Positions 43,015 to 59,006 of a stretch of 64,000 nt of DNA are shown piece by piece. Position 1 is the first letter of the stretch. Every line of letters starts with the position of its first letter. Source of the DNA: Chrysomallon squamiferum (lineage: Eukaryota > Animalia > Mollusca); assembly GCA_012295275.1 (NCBI GenBank), contig CM022667.1, positions 12,338,001 through 12,402,000 on the forward strand, read 5' to 3'. Under the pieces are notes generated by a model. The model searched no databases. It saw only the letters and a list, made by a program, of their open reading frames with translations, and was not told where the DNA came from. A program made the translations under genes and the position numbers.

Positions 43015-43559
43015 CTTTTTTTCTAATTTTTTTTCTTTCTTTTTTTTCATTTCTTTTTTTCTTTCTTTTTTTCTAATTATTATTTTTTATTTTCTTTTAT
43101 TTTCTTTTTTCTTCTTCTTTTTTTATAATTGTTTTTTGGGGGGGTGTTTATTTTTTTTTTTATTATTTTTTTTTTAAACATTATTTCTCCATCCTTCGGC
43201 GCAAATTGATTATGAATTATAATGAAGAATGACACATCACACATTATTAAATATAAATGTATTATTAAAAAAAAAAAAACAACAAACAAACAAAAAAACG
43301 AACCCATCATAATAAATGAATAATTATGATACAAACACATACATGTAAATAAACGTGGCGATATAACCTTTATATTATTAAATATAAATGTGCATTTGTG
43401 ATAAATATGAACATGGGATTGAATATTTTTAGTTCCTAATCATTAAATATACTGTTGAATTAAATATAATCAAGAACTAACAATTGAAAAATAATAATCA
43501 ATAAATAAACGTACTGAAAAATAAACACTGCGGCATATAAATAATTATTAAATTTCATA

Positions 43560-44200
43560 AAACTCAGTGTGAAAGCGCATGACTGATTATTAAATAAAAA
43601 TATATTATAAAAAATGAATGCAGATATTCAATTACAAAAACAAGAAGAAGAAAAGAAAACCACTTTATATATAGATATATGACTAATAATCAAATAACAA
43701 TATAACGTGGATATGCATGATTAAATATTAAATAAAAATATACCAAAAAAATTGCATTTCGATAGGTACGACTGGTTATTAAATAAAAATATGTTATAAA
43801 ATTTATATAGATAAACACTGAATTTGGATACGCATGACCAATAACTAAATAAAAATATAACATTATAATGAACACAGATGAACATGACTAATATTCACTA
43901 TTAATTATTAAATAAAATATATTACAAAATATAATATGGATACGCAAGACAAGTTATTAAATAAAAATGCATCATAAAACTGAATTTGGGTGTTTTATGT
44001 GACTAATTTCAAAATACATATCATAAAATTGTATAGAGATTTATACGACTAAATATTTAATAACTAAAAAATAGATATGCACTGAATATACAGCAATGAA
44101 CTGAACATTGCTACGCTTGACTGATTATTAACTATGGATTAAAATTAAATATTATTAGGCACGATCGATTATATAAACATATGAACTGTGTATAGCTATT
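43560..44200. repeat. Decayed minisatellite, about 50-60 bp period
   Basis: About 10 diverged copies of the core GATACGCATGACTAATTATTAAATAAAAATAT. Confidence 0.7.
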
Positions 44201-45065
44201 AAATAAGAAAACGTATCATAAAAGAAAATCTGATGACCCTTGATGTATTAAACATAAATATAATATAAAAGCGAACAAACAGACGTGGATATACGCGTAT
44301 AAATATATACACAGACAAACAGACAGGCAGAATAGGCTTAACATTCGTTGAGTTATGTATGTAACTGCTATAGTATTGTCACAGACTGCAGTTGTTAGGT
44401 AATGCAAAATTCTAAATATTAAAAAAATCGATAAAAACAGCAGCACTATTTAAGATAATATTTAACTGATTTATTTATTAATTTTAATAATGCTCGACAA
44501 TAATAATAAGAACAACAACAACAACAAAAATTATAAAATAATATTATAAAAAATATAATATAAAAATGACTACAGCAACAACATTAACATAATACTTATA
44601 ATATTTGTTGTTTAACAAAATCACAATGATAGTAGAACTAAGACGCAGTATTAATAGTAGTGGCCTTTGTTGAGTATGTCGTAGTAGTAGCAGAAGCAGC
44701 TTTTGCAATTGCAGACTAGTGCTAGTGGTTGCAGCACCTTTTGCCGAATTAGTAGTAGTTGTAGTTGTTACTGTAGGCGTGTTGACCAATTGTTGTTATT
44801 GTATATGTTGTTAGACTGCTTCTTTTTTTTTGTTATTATTATTATTATTTTTTTTTTTTTTTTTTTTTTTTTTATTTATTTTTTTTTTTTTTTTTTGCTG
44901 TTGTTGTTAGTGTTGTCGTGGATGTTTTTAACTAAAAGTAGTCGCACATGTCTTTGAATGAATATTTTCTAATTAATTTTTACGATATCCGGGGTAAGAG
45001 TTCACGACTGGGAAGTTTGTGAACGTAAATTTCATTTAAACTCATTTTTCAAGCAACTTTAAAAC

Positions 45066-45099
<34 letters not shown>

Positions 45100-45335
45100 C
45101 AAATCCTCGTTAGAAACCGTTCACTATTAGTGCCAACACTGTCTGATTAATCAAAGTGGACGTATTTTGATGAAGCCAGCTTCCAAGAAAATGGCGTAAT
45201 CTTCGAGATCTTAAATGTTTTCTACCCCCGTTGCTATCAAAGCACTCTCTCTGTGTTTGTCGTATTTCTGCTGATACAAATTCGTTTGTTTTATCTCATT
45301 ATCAACCTGTTATTTACAGGAAACGGTTAAATTTG

Positions 45336-45386
<51 letters not shown>

Positions 45387-46533
45387 GAAATCACAAACAT
45401 TTACGGCAAGGAAACACTGTTGCTTTCGAAGGGGAATAATTTTTAACAGATGTGAATAGTTCTTTTACACGCGCACGCGGATGGCAAAAGCGGCTCTAGC
45501 ACATAAAACATAATGTTTCCTGAATTTGGCTACATTTTTTTACACTTATCTCCGCAAAGCCGCACACGAAGTCATGTCTGATATCTGGCGAATAAATTTC
45601 TTAAAGGAAATGAGAAGCTTTAATCCTGACCATCGCGTGAAAAAAAAAAAAAAAAGTAACGACTCGAGTATCTGCAAACAGCAGGCCATCCGAATGTCCA
45701 CCATCTTCTTTCTTCTTTATTATTTTCCACCATTTTTTTTTTTTTTTTTTTTTTTTTTTGAATTTATATATAAAGCGAATTCCTCTAAATTTTAATGAGC
45801 ACCAGCAATTAGAACCATACCACGCTGTGATCAAAGGGGCCGTGGTTTTCGTTTGTATTTGTTACTATATCTGTTGAAAACTACGCCTTCTTCCGACATG
45901 TTATTGATTCCCCCCACAAAAAAAATAAAAAAATTACTGGCTAGAAAGGTGAGTGCATCCACGACGATTTATAAAAGTGTTATTACTGTCAAATTTCAAA
46001 AGAGAAAGCGTGATATACGGGCAAAATTTTTTTCACCCACAGTACGCAATTAACAAGAAGGGACGTTTCCGAAATTAATTTATGTACGCAAAATTTCCTG
46101 TCTTAGGGGCATAATTTGCGGAAAAAAAAAAAGAAGAAAACTTTTGACAAAGCAATTAATGTTTTACAGTCTTCAGTACAGATAAAAGTAGCGGAAGTTT
46201 GATAAGGCAGCAGGAAGACATTAAAGAATTATGTTTTTGTCTTGAGTGATTTCGGTACAAGAATGGATGATCGCCCGATTGACAGACAGACGTACCTACT
46301 ACGTACGTACACTGATACAGACATATTTATTTACACAAGCATGCACACTAAAGTTCTGAACGTACGTTACGAATATGCAAATAAATAAACAGACAAGCAT
46401 ACATATATCATAAACGCATATACATATAGACACAAACATGCAGACACACACATAAACAAATATATACATACATATATATACATACATAAAACATACGTAT
46501 ATATATACACACAAAACATACATGCATACATAA

Positions 46534-46534
<1 letters not shown>

Positions 46535-46578
<44 letters not shown>

Positions 46579-46648
46579 CATCGTCATCGTCATCATTATT
46601 ATTATTACTGTTATTGTTACTGTTGTTGATATTATTGTTATTAGTAGT

Positions 46649-46712
<64 letters not shown>

Positions 46713-46725
46713 CTAAGGGTAGTAC

Positions 46726-46806
<81 letters not shown>
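46535..46806. repeat. Compound trinucleotide SSR (ATT/ATC/AGC/AGT)
   Basis: Successive triplet runs; source of the poly-N/D/T/A ORF artefacts. Confidence 0.95.
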
Positions 46807-47580
46807 TAATATCCCTCCCCTTCTTCTTATTCGTCGAAGTTTTTGTTTTCTTCGGTTTGAAATATATCGGGTTTTGTGAATAATTCTCTGTGTTTTCACA
46901 CAAGCTTACTGTGTCTCGGGAGAACTATTACGAGTCCCTGAAGACAGCTTTTAGTAAGAAAGTTGACACCGCATCAAATTAGGCGTATAAACACTTTACG
47001 CTGGTTTCCATATTGCTGTTGGGACGAAGACATTTTTTCTTTCTTTCTTTTTCTTCGTTTTTAATTTTTTTTTTTTTTTTTTAATTTTAAGTTCTTTCAC
47101 CGGCAAGAAGAAATAAACAAAGACCGTCCAGGTCAGTAAATAGTAAGATGAATTATTGAACGAGTGAAAGAAATGATGGAAGGAAGGAAGGAAGAAGGGA
47201 AAACGAAGGAAACAAGGAATGACTGAAAGAAAGAAAAATACATTGAATGAAAACATAATAATAATGATAATAATAATAATAATGGAAATCAGGGTTCAAA
47301 AATTGATTTTTATAAATATACAAACAAAATTAAATAGATTTTTTAAAAAAGATTTTTTAATTTTTATTGACAATTATTTTTCCATTTCCAGATGGTGATA
47401 GAATCAACATATAACTTTTTTTTCTTTTCTAACCAATTATTCAAGATTATCAACATCATCATCATTATTGTTGTTGTTGTTGTTGTCGTCGTTGTTATAA
47501 TCATCATCATTTTTGGTTTTGCTGTTGGTAGAAGTACTTGTAATTTTGCTTTTATTCATTTATAATTTGGTTATGCGTTA

Positions 47581-47624
<44 letters not shown>

Positions 47625-48327
47625 CGTGTGTGAGCGTGTGTGTGTATGAGCACATAAGTGTGGATATATTACCACAGATCTGATAGAACTGATTGATGTG
47701 AACACATACAGAAAAAATTACACATGTAAAAGTTAACAAACAAGTGTCTTTCGAGAAGACGTGCGGATGGGTCACGTGACCGTACAAGGCGCTTTCAGAA
47801 AATTTTAATACGTTTTTCCTCTGCAGAACTCTTTCTTTTTTCGTGGGAAGGCGGCTCACAGCATTTAACAGATTGTTACCGATAGGTGCGCGGTTTTCGC
47901 TTACAATTATCTCTCCATCAGACACTTGTAAAATGTGTGGATGTCACAGGCTACGGGGTTGACAGCTCGAAAATGCGATTTCTTTAATGCCTCGTTGGGA
48001 ACCTATCTAGCAGTGGGAAAGGAAAACAAGTTGTAAGACTAATTAACGAAATAATTTCCCATGTAAAAGACGAGAAAACGCCCCTACACATGAGATGACC
48101 CGTTACACATGTGGCAAAGACTAGGCGAGTATTGCCGCACGTGAGACGGCCTCGTTTTCGAAATTTCAACCATTCGTTTTTCGCTGTATTTTCGTCATAA
48201 TAATAGTTTCGCCTTTTTTTGAAACGATGACGGGATCTCGTGGGAAAATAAATGACTGCCAGTTCTCAGTTCTTAGATAATTTAGTCTCATCGTTAATAT
48301 TTTAATAAAAGAATTTTTGCGTTTTAC

Positions 48328-48362
<35 letters not shown>

Positions 48363-49013
48363 TCTTCTTTTAAATTTTGTTCTTAAAAGCTGCGCTTTTA
48401 CGCAATGTCGTAAATTCGTTCAGAACTAATTTTGAAAAAGTGAAATTGGGTGTGGAAAAAAAATTTTTTTTATTTCTAAAAAATGATTTTTTTTTGAACG
48501 TGTTCACGGTTATGTTTCATGGGAAATTTAAAAAAAAAAAAAAAAAAAGTTGGCACATACGATTTTTAAAAATGAAAGTATAACCTTGTTCACGACGCGT
48601 GAAACTAAAAATCGGGTTTCTGTTTTAAAACGGGGGTTTATATCCTGAAGGAACAAAATTAAATAGGTACGACATTATTGTCCATAAACAGTTGACAGTA
48701 AATTTGGGTGTCTAAGGAAAGAGCGGAGGATACGAAGAGGTTTGTATATATGTATGTGCACAAGATATTTTGTGACATTAAATTTATGAGAAAAAAATAT
48801 CTAAATATTTTTGTTATGATTATTATCATTATTTTATCACTATGGTATAACACTATTATCATCATCAAAGTATTGTCATCAGCTACAAATAAGAACAGTA
48901 ACAGAAACAGCGGTAGCTTTAGTAGTAGTAATAGCAGGAGTAACACTGGCAGTAGTAGTAGTAGTAGCAGCAGAAGTAGTAGTAAATTTCTATGACAAAT
49001 ATACTTCTCTCTT

Positions 49014-49106
<93 letters not shown>

Positions 49107-49141
49107 ATCTCTCTTTTCTCTCTTTCTCTCTCTCTCTTTCT

Positions 49142-49176
<35 letters not shown>

Positions 49177-49750
49177 CTATCTATCTCTCTCTCTCTCTTT
49201 CTCTCTCTCTCAGTTCCTTAACTCCCCTATTTCAAATCATTACCTCAGTTATTATACAAGACCACTATGAGCAGGTGGCTACACCTAACACGTGATGATA
49301 ACATTTTTATTTTTATTTTTACTTTCGCACGGGCTTCGGCCCAAACATCTGTGTTTTTCACCGTTACCCGGTGCAACTTTTTGACGAAATGTCAAAAATG
49401 GCATGGGTAATTTATGTGTCAAACACACATATATACATACACGTTCAAGGTGTGAATCATTTATTTGCTTTCTTATACTATCGGCTGAACACGTGTGATC
49501 AAAAAAAAAAAAAAAAAAAAAAAAACCCGTTGTAAGAAAGCGAGTAATAAAGAAAAAGAGAAAAAATCGTGGCATGTGTAAAACGGCCCGTGCAGAAAGT
49601 GTTTACAGCGCGGGAAAAATAACTAGCTCGATGCTTTAACAAAATTAACCTTCAGAAATACTTGGCGTGTGTTACAGGACTTTGTTTTCATAATGGAAGC
49701 GAGACAAGATGTTTTCTTTTCTTTTTCTTTTAGTTTTCTAATTTTGTTTC

Positions 49751-49806
<56 letters not shown>

Positions 49807-49904
49807 GCATTTGAATATATACGTGGGCGATTGTGTGTTTTTAGATGGAGTATGTCTCTCGCATAACATTTGTCTGTTAACTTTTTCGACACATTTACGA
49901 ATTT

Positions 49905-50034
<130 letters not shown>

Positions 50035-50169
50035 GACAGTCAGATCAGAGATATATAAATTCAGTAGAAGTGTTTGTTGAAATTAATTGTCATACTTGTT
50101 ACTGTCGTTTCAGTTTCTTTCATTTTTCATATTTTTTTATTAGTATTTTTTTTATATATACTTAGTTGT

Positions 50170-50249
<80 letters not shown>

Positions 50250-50769
50250 GTATGTATGTATGTATGAATATATATATATATATAAAATACATAGTCTTAC
50301 ATATACATACACACGCACGAGTGTAAGAACTATGTATTTAATTTCAAAAAATTCTTGAAAGTTATTTTTGTAGGAAAAAAAGTTACTTACACCCCCGCAA
50401 ATATACCCTCCCCCGGTACAGATGTTTATTCACTCCCTGGGTTGTGTCTGGAAGTACGAGCCATGTGTAAGCTATTTGTTTTTGCCATTTCCAGCTCAAA
50501 TACCGCGATCAGTTGAAGACAGGTGTCTTCTATTTGTTTTACAATTCATACACTAAACCGTTCAGTTTATTATGCGGCATACGGTCGAAGGGAGACAACT
50601 CCACTTTTATTACACCGTCAGAACGACTTGGGAAAAATAAAAAACGTGCTTTAATTTTGTGAATTTGTAGTAAGTGATTATTGTAGCTGTCTTTCTTAGA
50701 CAGTGATTACTGATACTCTCTTTTTTTGTTGTATGTATCTGTATGTATAAAATGTTGCAGGTTAAAAGG

Positions 50770-50846
<77 letters not shown>

Positions 50847-51497
50847 TACTACTATTGTTGTTCTTCTTCTTGTTGGTGTTGTTGTTGTTGTTATTGTTGT
50901 TGTTGTTGTTGTTGTTGTACCGCATAAGAAATTCTGACACTCTCTCTTTACAATTTTACCAAATAAATAATTTGTAATTAAATATGAATTATTACAGGTG
51001 TTTTTCTCTCTCTCTCACACACACACATTTTTTGTTTTTGTTTTTGCACTGAATGCCTTTTTTTTTTTTATCAGCGACAATGGGAGGATTGGAGAATGCT
51101 TCACGTCAGGGAACTGAGTTAAAATCTATTTAGAATGTAATGATTGTTACCTTTTCTGTTTCAAATGCTTTTTCTGAATACTCTTATTGGAGTTAACATA
51201 ATTATAAACAGTCGTTTTTTATTATTAAATATAAAATTTACTTAATTAATAAAGACGATCAGATAATGGAAATAATCATGAAAGAAAGAAAGCATCGAAA
51301 TTATTAGTTTTTTTTTAAATCCTTAATTAGAAAAGAAAAAGGAGTAGAAGATGTTGATGACGATGATGATGATGATGATAATGATGATGATGATGTCGTG
51401 GAGGAAAATGTAGAGGAAAAAAACAGAGTATGATGACGATCATGATCACGTCCAACAACAAGAAGATTAATAAGAAAAAAATTATGTTGATGATGAT

Positions 51498-51530
<33 letters not shown>

Positions 51531-52128
51531 ACAAAAAGAAAAACAATAACACTCAGATTATGAAGGATGCACTTATTGCATTTTTGTTTTTATTTATAAA
51601 GAAATATATATATAGATACAGAGATATGTATATCTATATATATATCATCAAGCGATGAAAACAAAGAATTTTAAAAATGTGTTCGACAGGTGCAACGCGT
51701 GTAATTATCTCCCCTTCATCCGTGAGAGAGATATCAACATATGTCTACACAGCAGCCATGTTTATCACCTCCCACCTCGCGCAGCGCGCGTGCAGACACG
51801 TCACTCGGTATCTGGGAGCTATTTAATAAAGCAAGATGAAAAATAAGTCAGACTTGCATCTCTGAATTAACGCGTTTCTTGCCTTGTCTGTCAAAACTCC
51901 TTGATCAAAAACGTTTCCATCTTCATTTTTTTTTTTTTGTTCTTTTTTTTGTTCTTTTTAAATTTATTTCTTTTTTTTTTTCCTCTCGTTTTTAGATCAA
52001 AGTTTTATGATTGTTATAAGTTCAAACCAGAATGAAGACGAGGAAAAAGACAGGAAGAGAAAATTATTAAAAGTGAAAATTAAAAGATTTGAATTTTTTT
52101 TATTGTGTGTGTGTGTGTGTGTGTAGGA

Positions 52129-52178
<50 letters not shown>

Positions 52179-52644
52179 GAATATGTGGGTGTTTTTGAAT
52201 ATGTATGAATATTAGATGTGTAGAAATATTTGTTAGGGTGAATTTGGGGTATATTTATAATGGGAGTGTTTGTTTTGGATACTGAGAACGTATGTGAGAA
52301 GGTATATAATATTTATATACTTGGATAGACGTGGATGTAATAATGTGCATGTAAAATACTTATTGCTATACCATGGGTAGGTAGCATTGTTTTGTGTGCG
52401 TATATGTGTCTGTGTGTATGAATGTGCGTATGTGTGAGTGTGTGTATGTGTGTATGTAATATATATATATATATATATGTATAAATAAAATCATCACCGA
52501 CGTCGTCATTATTATCATTATTATTACTGTTGTTGTTGTTGTTGTTGTGCTGCTGCTACTGCTGCTTTTATTCTTGTTGATGTGTTGTTATTTTTATTGA
52601 TGATGATGATGTTGTTATTCTTATTTTATTATTATTATTATTAT

Positions 52645-52706
<62 letters not shown>

Positions 52707-54042
52707 TTCATAACTAGCGATTGTCCTTTTAAATCCCCCAATTTAAATGAACAAAGTCATTCAGTCCTGTTTCAACATTAAACCTGCTTACACCGTCTGC
52801 ACTCGGAGAGAAAACATAAACAGGCGCTGAAACTTGAATCAACAATAAAATATCACTTGTTCGTTTGTTTTAGGTTCAACGATATTCCGGCATTCAGCTT
52901 TCACATGCACGGAACACAGAAAAACAAATAGTTCACGCCAAAAAATAACCAACAGAAATCCCCCGATTCCATCCTCCACCTCCTCCTCACAATGAAACGT
53001 AACGAAAATTCTCGCGCCTGCCTCTCTCTGTCAGTGTGCGCGCGCTACAAGTGTTTCCTATTTCCACTCTAATTGGGGTGAGCGAGGAACGCGGCAAGTG
53101 TTAAGGGGAGGTCACTCTGGAAGTACTTGGTTTGGTGCAGGTGTATATGACTGGCGCACGTGTTATCGATAAAGCCCATTAGTAAAATAAATACAACTTG
53201 ACTGTAACCGGCTGACTTGGAGCAGATGGCAAACACGTCTGAAAACTGTGTGTTACATATGTACAGGATAAAGTGTAAGTACGCAGTGAAGAAGAAAGAA
53301 AATGTGGTGGGTTTTTTTTTTTTTTTTTTTGTACGTTCAGGGGCGTAACTGGATGAAGTGTAAAGTGGGTTTATTACGACAGAATTAAGTGTAAATTGAA
53401 AATAATTAGAAGATTTCTCTCTCTGTCTGTGTGTGTGTGTGTGTGTGTGTGTACACATATATGGATTTACTTCTCGATATTATCATCGCTGACATCGTAA
53501 TCATTATTATTACATTAGCTGTTGATGTTGATTTTGTAAGAGAATGAATTTTGGACCAATGACAACAATAAAAATAAACTGTTGTTTATGTTGTTTTGTT
53601 TTTGTTTTTCTATTTGCTTTGGGTTGTTGTTTTTTGTTGTCTTTGGGGTTGTTGTTGCTGATGGTGATGCTACAAAAAATAAAAACTGAAAGACAAATTC
53701 AAAATCTGGTATCTTGGTATCTGCTAGCTTTTAATAAAAATAAAAACAGATAAAAAGACAAATGTGTGACAGTAAGAAAAGTAATCAATATCACAGAATT
53801 GTCTTTTATTTAAAAAATAGTAATAAAATAAAATTTAAAAATTATATGCGACGACACAACCTGTTTTATTGGTCTTGTAAAACAGATAAGCGTCAAAGAA
53901 ACACGGATATAATATAATATACTGTGCATAAGCATAGCGTGTATATATAAATACGTGTCTATGGAAAAATCAGTATTTAGGTAGAAAAATGAGTAACTAA
54001 AATATATACAAGCATCCCTGCCTGAATACATCCTTCTTTTCA

Positions 54043-54097
<55 letters not shown>

Positions 54098-56088
54098 CAA
54101 ACAAAAAATCTTCAAAACATTATTGATGGATCGTTTTTACACACACACACACACACAAATAGATACATATGTTCTTACATCCATCCATTTATTCATACAC
54201 ACAAAGTTTTACGTACAAACTGACAAACTGGCAGAGAAATTAACAAAATATACATAAAAACCTTGCTACTCGATTACAATTTTGTATTGCAAAAATGGCA
54301 AAAATTAATATAACAAATCCTAGAATGTCACATATATATTTTCATTCAGATTTTAAAACTGTGTACGCTACCCTTTCATAAAATACGTAAATCTGTGAAA
54401 ACAACAAAACCTGTGTTTTGCACACGGTACATTTCCTCCATATCATTTTAAAAAAACGCGTATTTCGCACGTTCACATAACTACACGGTTTTGCGTGTTT
54501 TCAACTTGGGTGGGATTATAGCGGAACTAAAGACAGTGTTCGAAAATACATGTTTTGTAAACTTATTTATTTGTGCAGGTGTCCGTACAGCGAATGTTCG
54601 CTCATCTTTGTTTGTTTTGGTAAAGAAAAACACGTGTTTTTTTTTGTTCATAGTGATATCATATTTATACCAATACATTAATACAGATCTTCTGATTTGT
54701 TCCATGTTTCGCTAACAAGCCGCTTCCTCTAGAACAGTAGACTCCTTAATTTCCGGTATAGATGACTGGCGTGCAGGTCGATTGCTTAGATATCGCAGCA
54801 GGTTGGTCGTTTTGCGGTCACCAGTCTAGTTTTTTTAATACTGAATTTTGTTCGGTGCAAAAGATTGATGAAATAGATTGAATAACGTTGCAGAAATGAT
54901 AATTAAAATAAAGCATTTCTGGTTTGTTTGTTTTTATTTTGTTTAGTGTTGTTGGTTTTTTTCTTTTATCTAAAAATGTTTTTGTGTTTTAAAAATATAT
55001 CAAAAGAAACAACTTCAAATCAGGATTGAGAGCAGGTTTACACACAAATACATGTAATACATATATGGTATATACACACATACAAACATAAATATGTTTC
55101 GTATATATATATACACACACATACACAAACATAGATAAATGCATGCATACAAACACATTCACAAATATACATATATACATACATTCATAAAACACACACA
55201 CACACATACACACACACATATACATACATACATATAAGCCCAATGCGAGTAATGTATTTCTTTTAAATTTTCTTTTATAAGTTATGTTCACAGCAATGAT
55301 AGTACCTTGACACACCTTTTTCAAAAGTCTGGATTCCCCGCTATTTACGTCTTGATTGCCTTCACAACTGATACATCTGAAGCCTTTGTTTGTATTGTTT
55401 GTTCCTTCTTGTGGAGATAAAATACCTTTGTGGAATTCTGAAAATAATGTCTTGAAATATTTCAGTGAGTTCGGAAGCGAGAAAAAAAAAGAGGAATGAA
55501 TAACAGAGTTAGAAATAAGAGTGATAATGATGATAATACTGAGAACGATAATGATGATATAATAACAACAACAACAATATTAATACTATTTTTTGTTTAT
55601 TTATTTATTTATTTATTTAAAACAGCTTTGTAATTATGTAACATGAAGATTCTTTGGTTTTTTATATTTATTAAGCCTGACAATGTCGTTAGGTTAAATA
55701 GTTTTGGTTATCTTGAATTCTTGAAAAAAACAAAACAATAATAATAATTAAAAATACAAACGAGAAAAATAATTATTCATAAGAATTTCTGTTTATTTCA
55801 AATAATATCTAAACTATTTGTTTTATCGTCTTTCAGTGTACTGTGTCAGTAGGTCACATTTTGGCAGAGAGCCAATACCTTAAGCAGATTAGGAAAGACG
55901 TATTTGGTCCGTTCGATTCCATCCTGAACTTGTTTTTAAAATGTTGTGAGTTACGGAATGTTCCTGTAAGTTTTAATTTCATTAAACTGTGGTACTTTTA
56001 TTTATGCACAGCTCTTTACACAGTTTTTGAATTAAAATTAAAAATTTTATATATAAATTAATCATATTTTTGTTGGATTTACTTTTGG

Positions 56089-56152
56089 GTTTGACACCCA
56101 ACAGCCGATATGTGTTTTTGTACTGGGGTTGTCGTTAAACATTCATTCATTA
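56089..56152 (+). mobile_element. 3' tail fragment of a SINE/LINE ending in (CATT)n
   Basis: TTTGACACCCAACAGCCGATATGTGTTTTTGTACTGGGGTTGTCGTTAAACATTCATTCATT. GTCGTTAAAC followed by a short tandem tail is typical of retroposon 3' ends. The same GTCGTTAAACA occurs reversed at about 31735-31745. Confidence 0.55.
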
Positions 56153-57466
56153 TATCGCAGTTAATATTTGAGTAATTACATTTTATAGTTTGGCGATGAA
56201 AAATCTATAGACTCAATCTTTTACGTTCTTTTATATTTGCAACCTAATGTATTTAAAAGACTGAGTAGAGAGATTTATCAATGAACTGTTTAGACTAAGT
56301 CTCCAGAATTATCAAAATACTGCTTACCGATCACACCTCAGGTTTATAATCTAAATATTAAACCACAGTCTCTGTTTGTATATTGTTCTAAAGATGCTAA
56401 AGTGTAATTTTTATAATACGTAAATCTCTGTGTGGGTTTTAGTATCAGCTTTAATTATATTATAAATATATTATAATTTATTTGGAAACCCAAGGTATAT
56501 TTTTGAAAAAAAATTGTGAAAATAAATTATATAGTATATTTTTCTGTAATTTGAAAACCCACAGACGTCATCAGTTATATTTAAAAATAGTAACAATAAA
56601 TAAACCCTCCCATAAACAAGGAAAACATATGCTATGGCTTTTCACAAGATATTTACGGTAACAGAAGCTTCAAACCAGTAACATAATTAACATATTTACG
56701 GAACGGGGAGAAAAGCACGAATATATATAGAGAGCGAAAATAATGACAAGAGCGCGTGTGTGTGTGTGCGTGTTTCCGTGTTTGGTCACATTTAAAATTG
56801 AATATCGTAATATTATAAATTTAGATATTTAATTTTAACAAATATAGCAAAGGTATGTAGATTGGTAGGTAGGTGAGTAGGTAAGTATGTATACACACAC
56901 ACACATAAACAGAGCTATACATGCATATGTACGTACATACATACATACATTCATGTATACAGAGCCAGACAGACATACATACATACATAGTCACATACAT
57001 TAATACACAAACTCATGGATAGGTCCGTAACAAAATTTTCAAATTTATCAAATTCAAAATGATGAAATTATGGTAATAATGTTTCCATACTATAAAGAAA
57101 GAAAATTTAAGAAGAAGAAAAGACTAAAAAGAATAAAGTAAAGACATACAAGGAAAGAAAATAAAAGCTTCTTTGTAACACTAACCGTGTCGTTGAGATT
57201 GTTTCCAGCATAAAAAAAAAAAAATGTCTGAGTAAGAATTTCAAATCTGTGTTTCGACAAGGATTAACACACAATTCGATATAAAACACTGTACGCGCAG
57301 ATTGTGGCAAGCTTTGCTATGTCGGAGCATGGCACGGTCACAAATAATCAGATTTAAAAACGCACGGATTATTTTTTTTTACTCAGTATATATTTCAAAA
57401 TTTGGCCTTTGTTTTGTCTCTGACGAAATTTTCTTCACCTGACTTGTACAATTGTGAATTTTCAAA

Positions 57467-57782
57467 ATGGCTGATCGTTGCTTTTTTTCAGCAGTTTTCT
57501 TTTTCGTTGGCTTGTTGCACTTCTCGCTTTGTTTCTTTCCGCCATATCCGGTTGTGGAAAATGAAAATTCGGGAACGACTGATGATGCGGATGAGGAATC
57601 ACGAAAACTTTTTGAAACTCTGGGACCCGAACCGGTGCCCGTGTGCGACTGTACTAAGGAAATAGACGTCGTGGTTAAGGGGATGAGAGCAGCGTACGGA
57701 CGCATGGAAAGTATGCAGCGACGAATTGACGAGATGTCGTCACAGCTGTATACCTTACAGGAATCCATGAAAGTTGTTCCAG
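57467..57782 (+). CDS. Secreted C1q-domain-containing protein 1, exon 1 (signal peptide, acidic linker, CDCTKEI plus coiled coil)
   Basis: MADRCFFSAVFFFVGLLHFSLCFFP is a hydrophobic leader; heptad-like helix EIDVVVKGMRAAYGRMESMQRRIDEMSSQLYTLQESMK. Donor CCAG|GTTAAA is phase 1, matching exon 2. Confidence 0.85.
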
Positions 57783-57802
57783 GTTAAAGTGAAAAATCTA
57801 TA

Positions 57803-58578
<776 letters not shown>

Positions 58579-59006
58579 CTCGACTCGCACGACTTGGAAT
58601 TCAACCCTACGACATCGCATTTTCTGCCAAAGTTGCAGCCAACCGTCCTTTCCTCAGAGACATCGACGCCATCATCTTCGACGAGATCGTCGTCAACAAC
58701 GGCGGTGCCTACGACCCATTCACCGGCCGCTTCACGTGCCCCATCGCCGGCGTCTACTTCTTCGCCGCCACCGTCCTTTCTGGCTTCAACTCCACCATCG
58801 AGACCATGTTTTATCTCAACGGCAACGACGTGGGCCGCATCTACTCCGGGGCTCAGAACAACCGCGGCTCCGGAAGCAACTCCGTCGTTCTTCAGCTGAA
58901 GGAAGCGGACCAGATTTCGGTCAACTTGTTTTACGGGAACGGCGACTACGTTCACGGACAGTGGAGCACCTTCTCTGGCTTTCTGATCAACCCAATGAAT
59001 TTGTAA
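58579..59006 (+). CDS. Secreted C1q-domain-containing protein 1, exon 2 (globular C1q domain); spliced product 247 aa
   Basis: DIAFSA...IIFDEIVVNNGGAYDPFTGRFTCPIAGVYFF...GSGSNSVVLQLKEADQISV...STFSGFLI matches the gC1q consensus. Acceptor ttcag|CT (phase 1), stop TAA at 59004-59006, strongly C-ending codons. Confidence 0.96.

Noticed and set aside
57280-57286. TATAAAA as promoter of C1q gene 1
   Set aside because: Plausible (about 185 nt upstream of the ATG) but indistinguishable from background in this AT-rich DNA.
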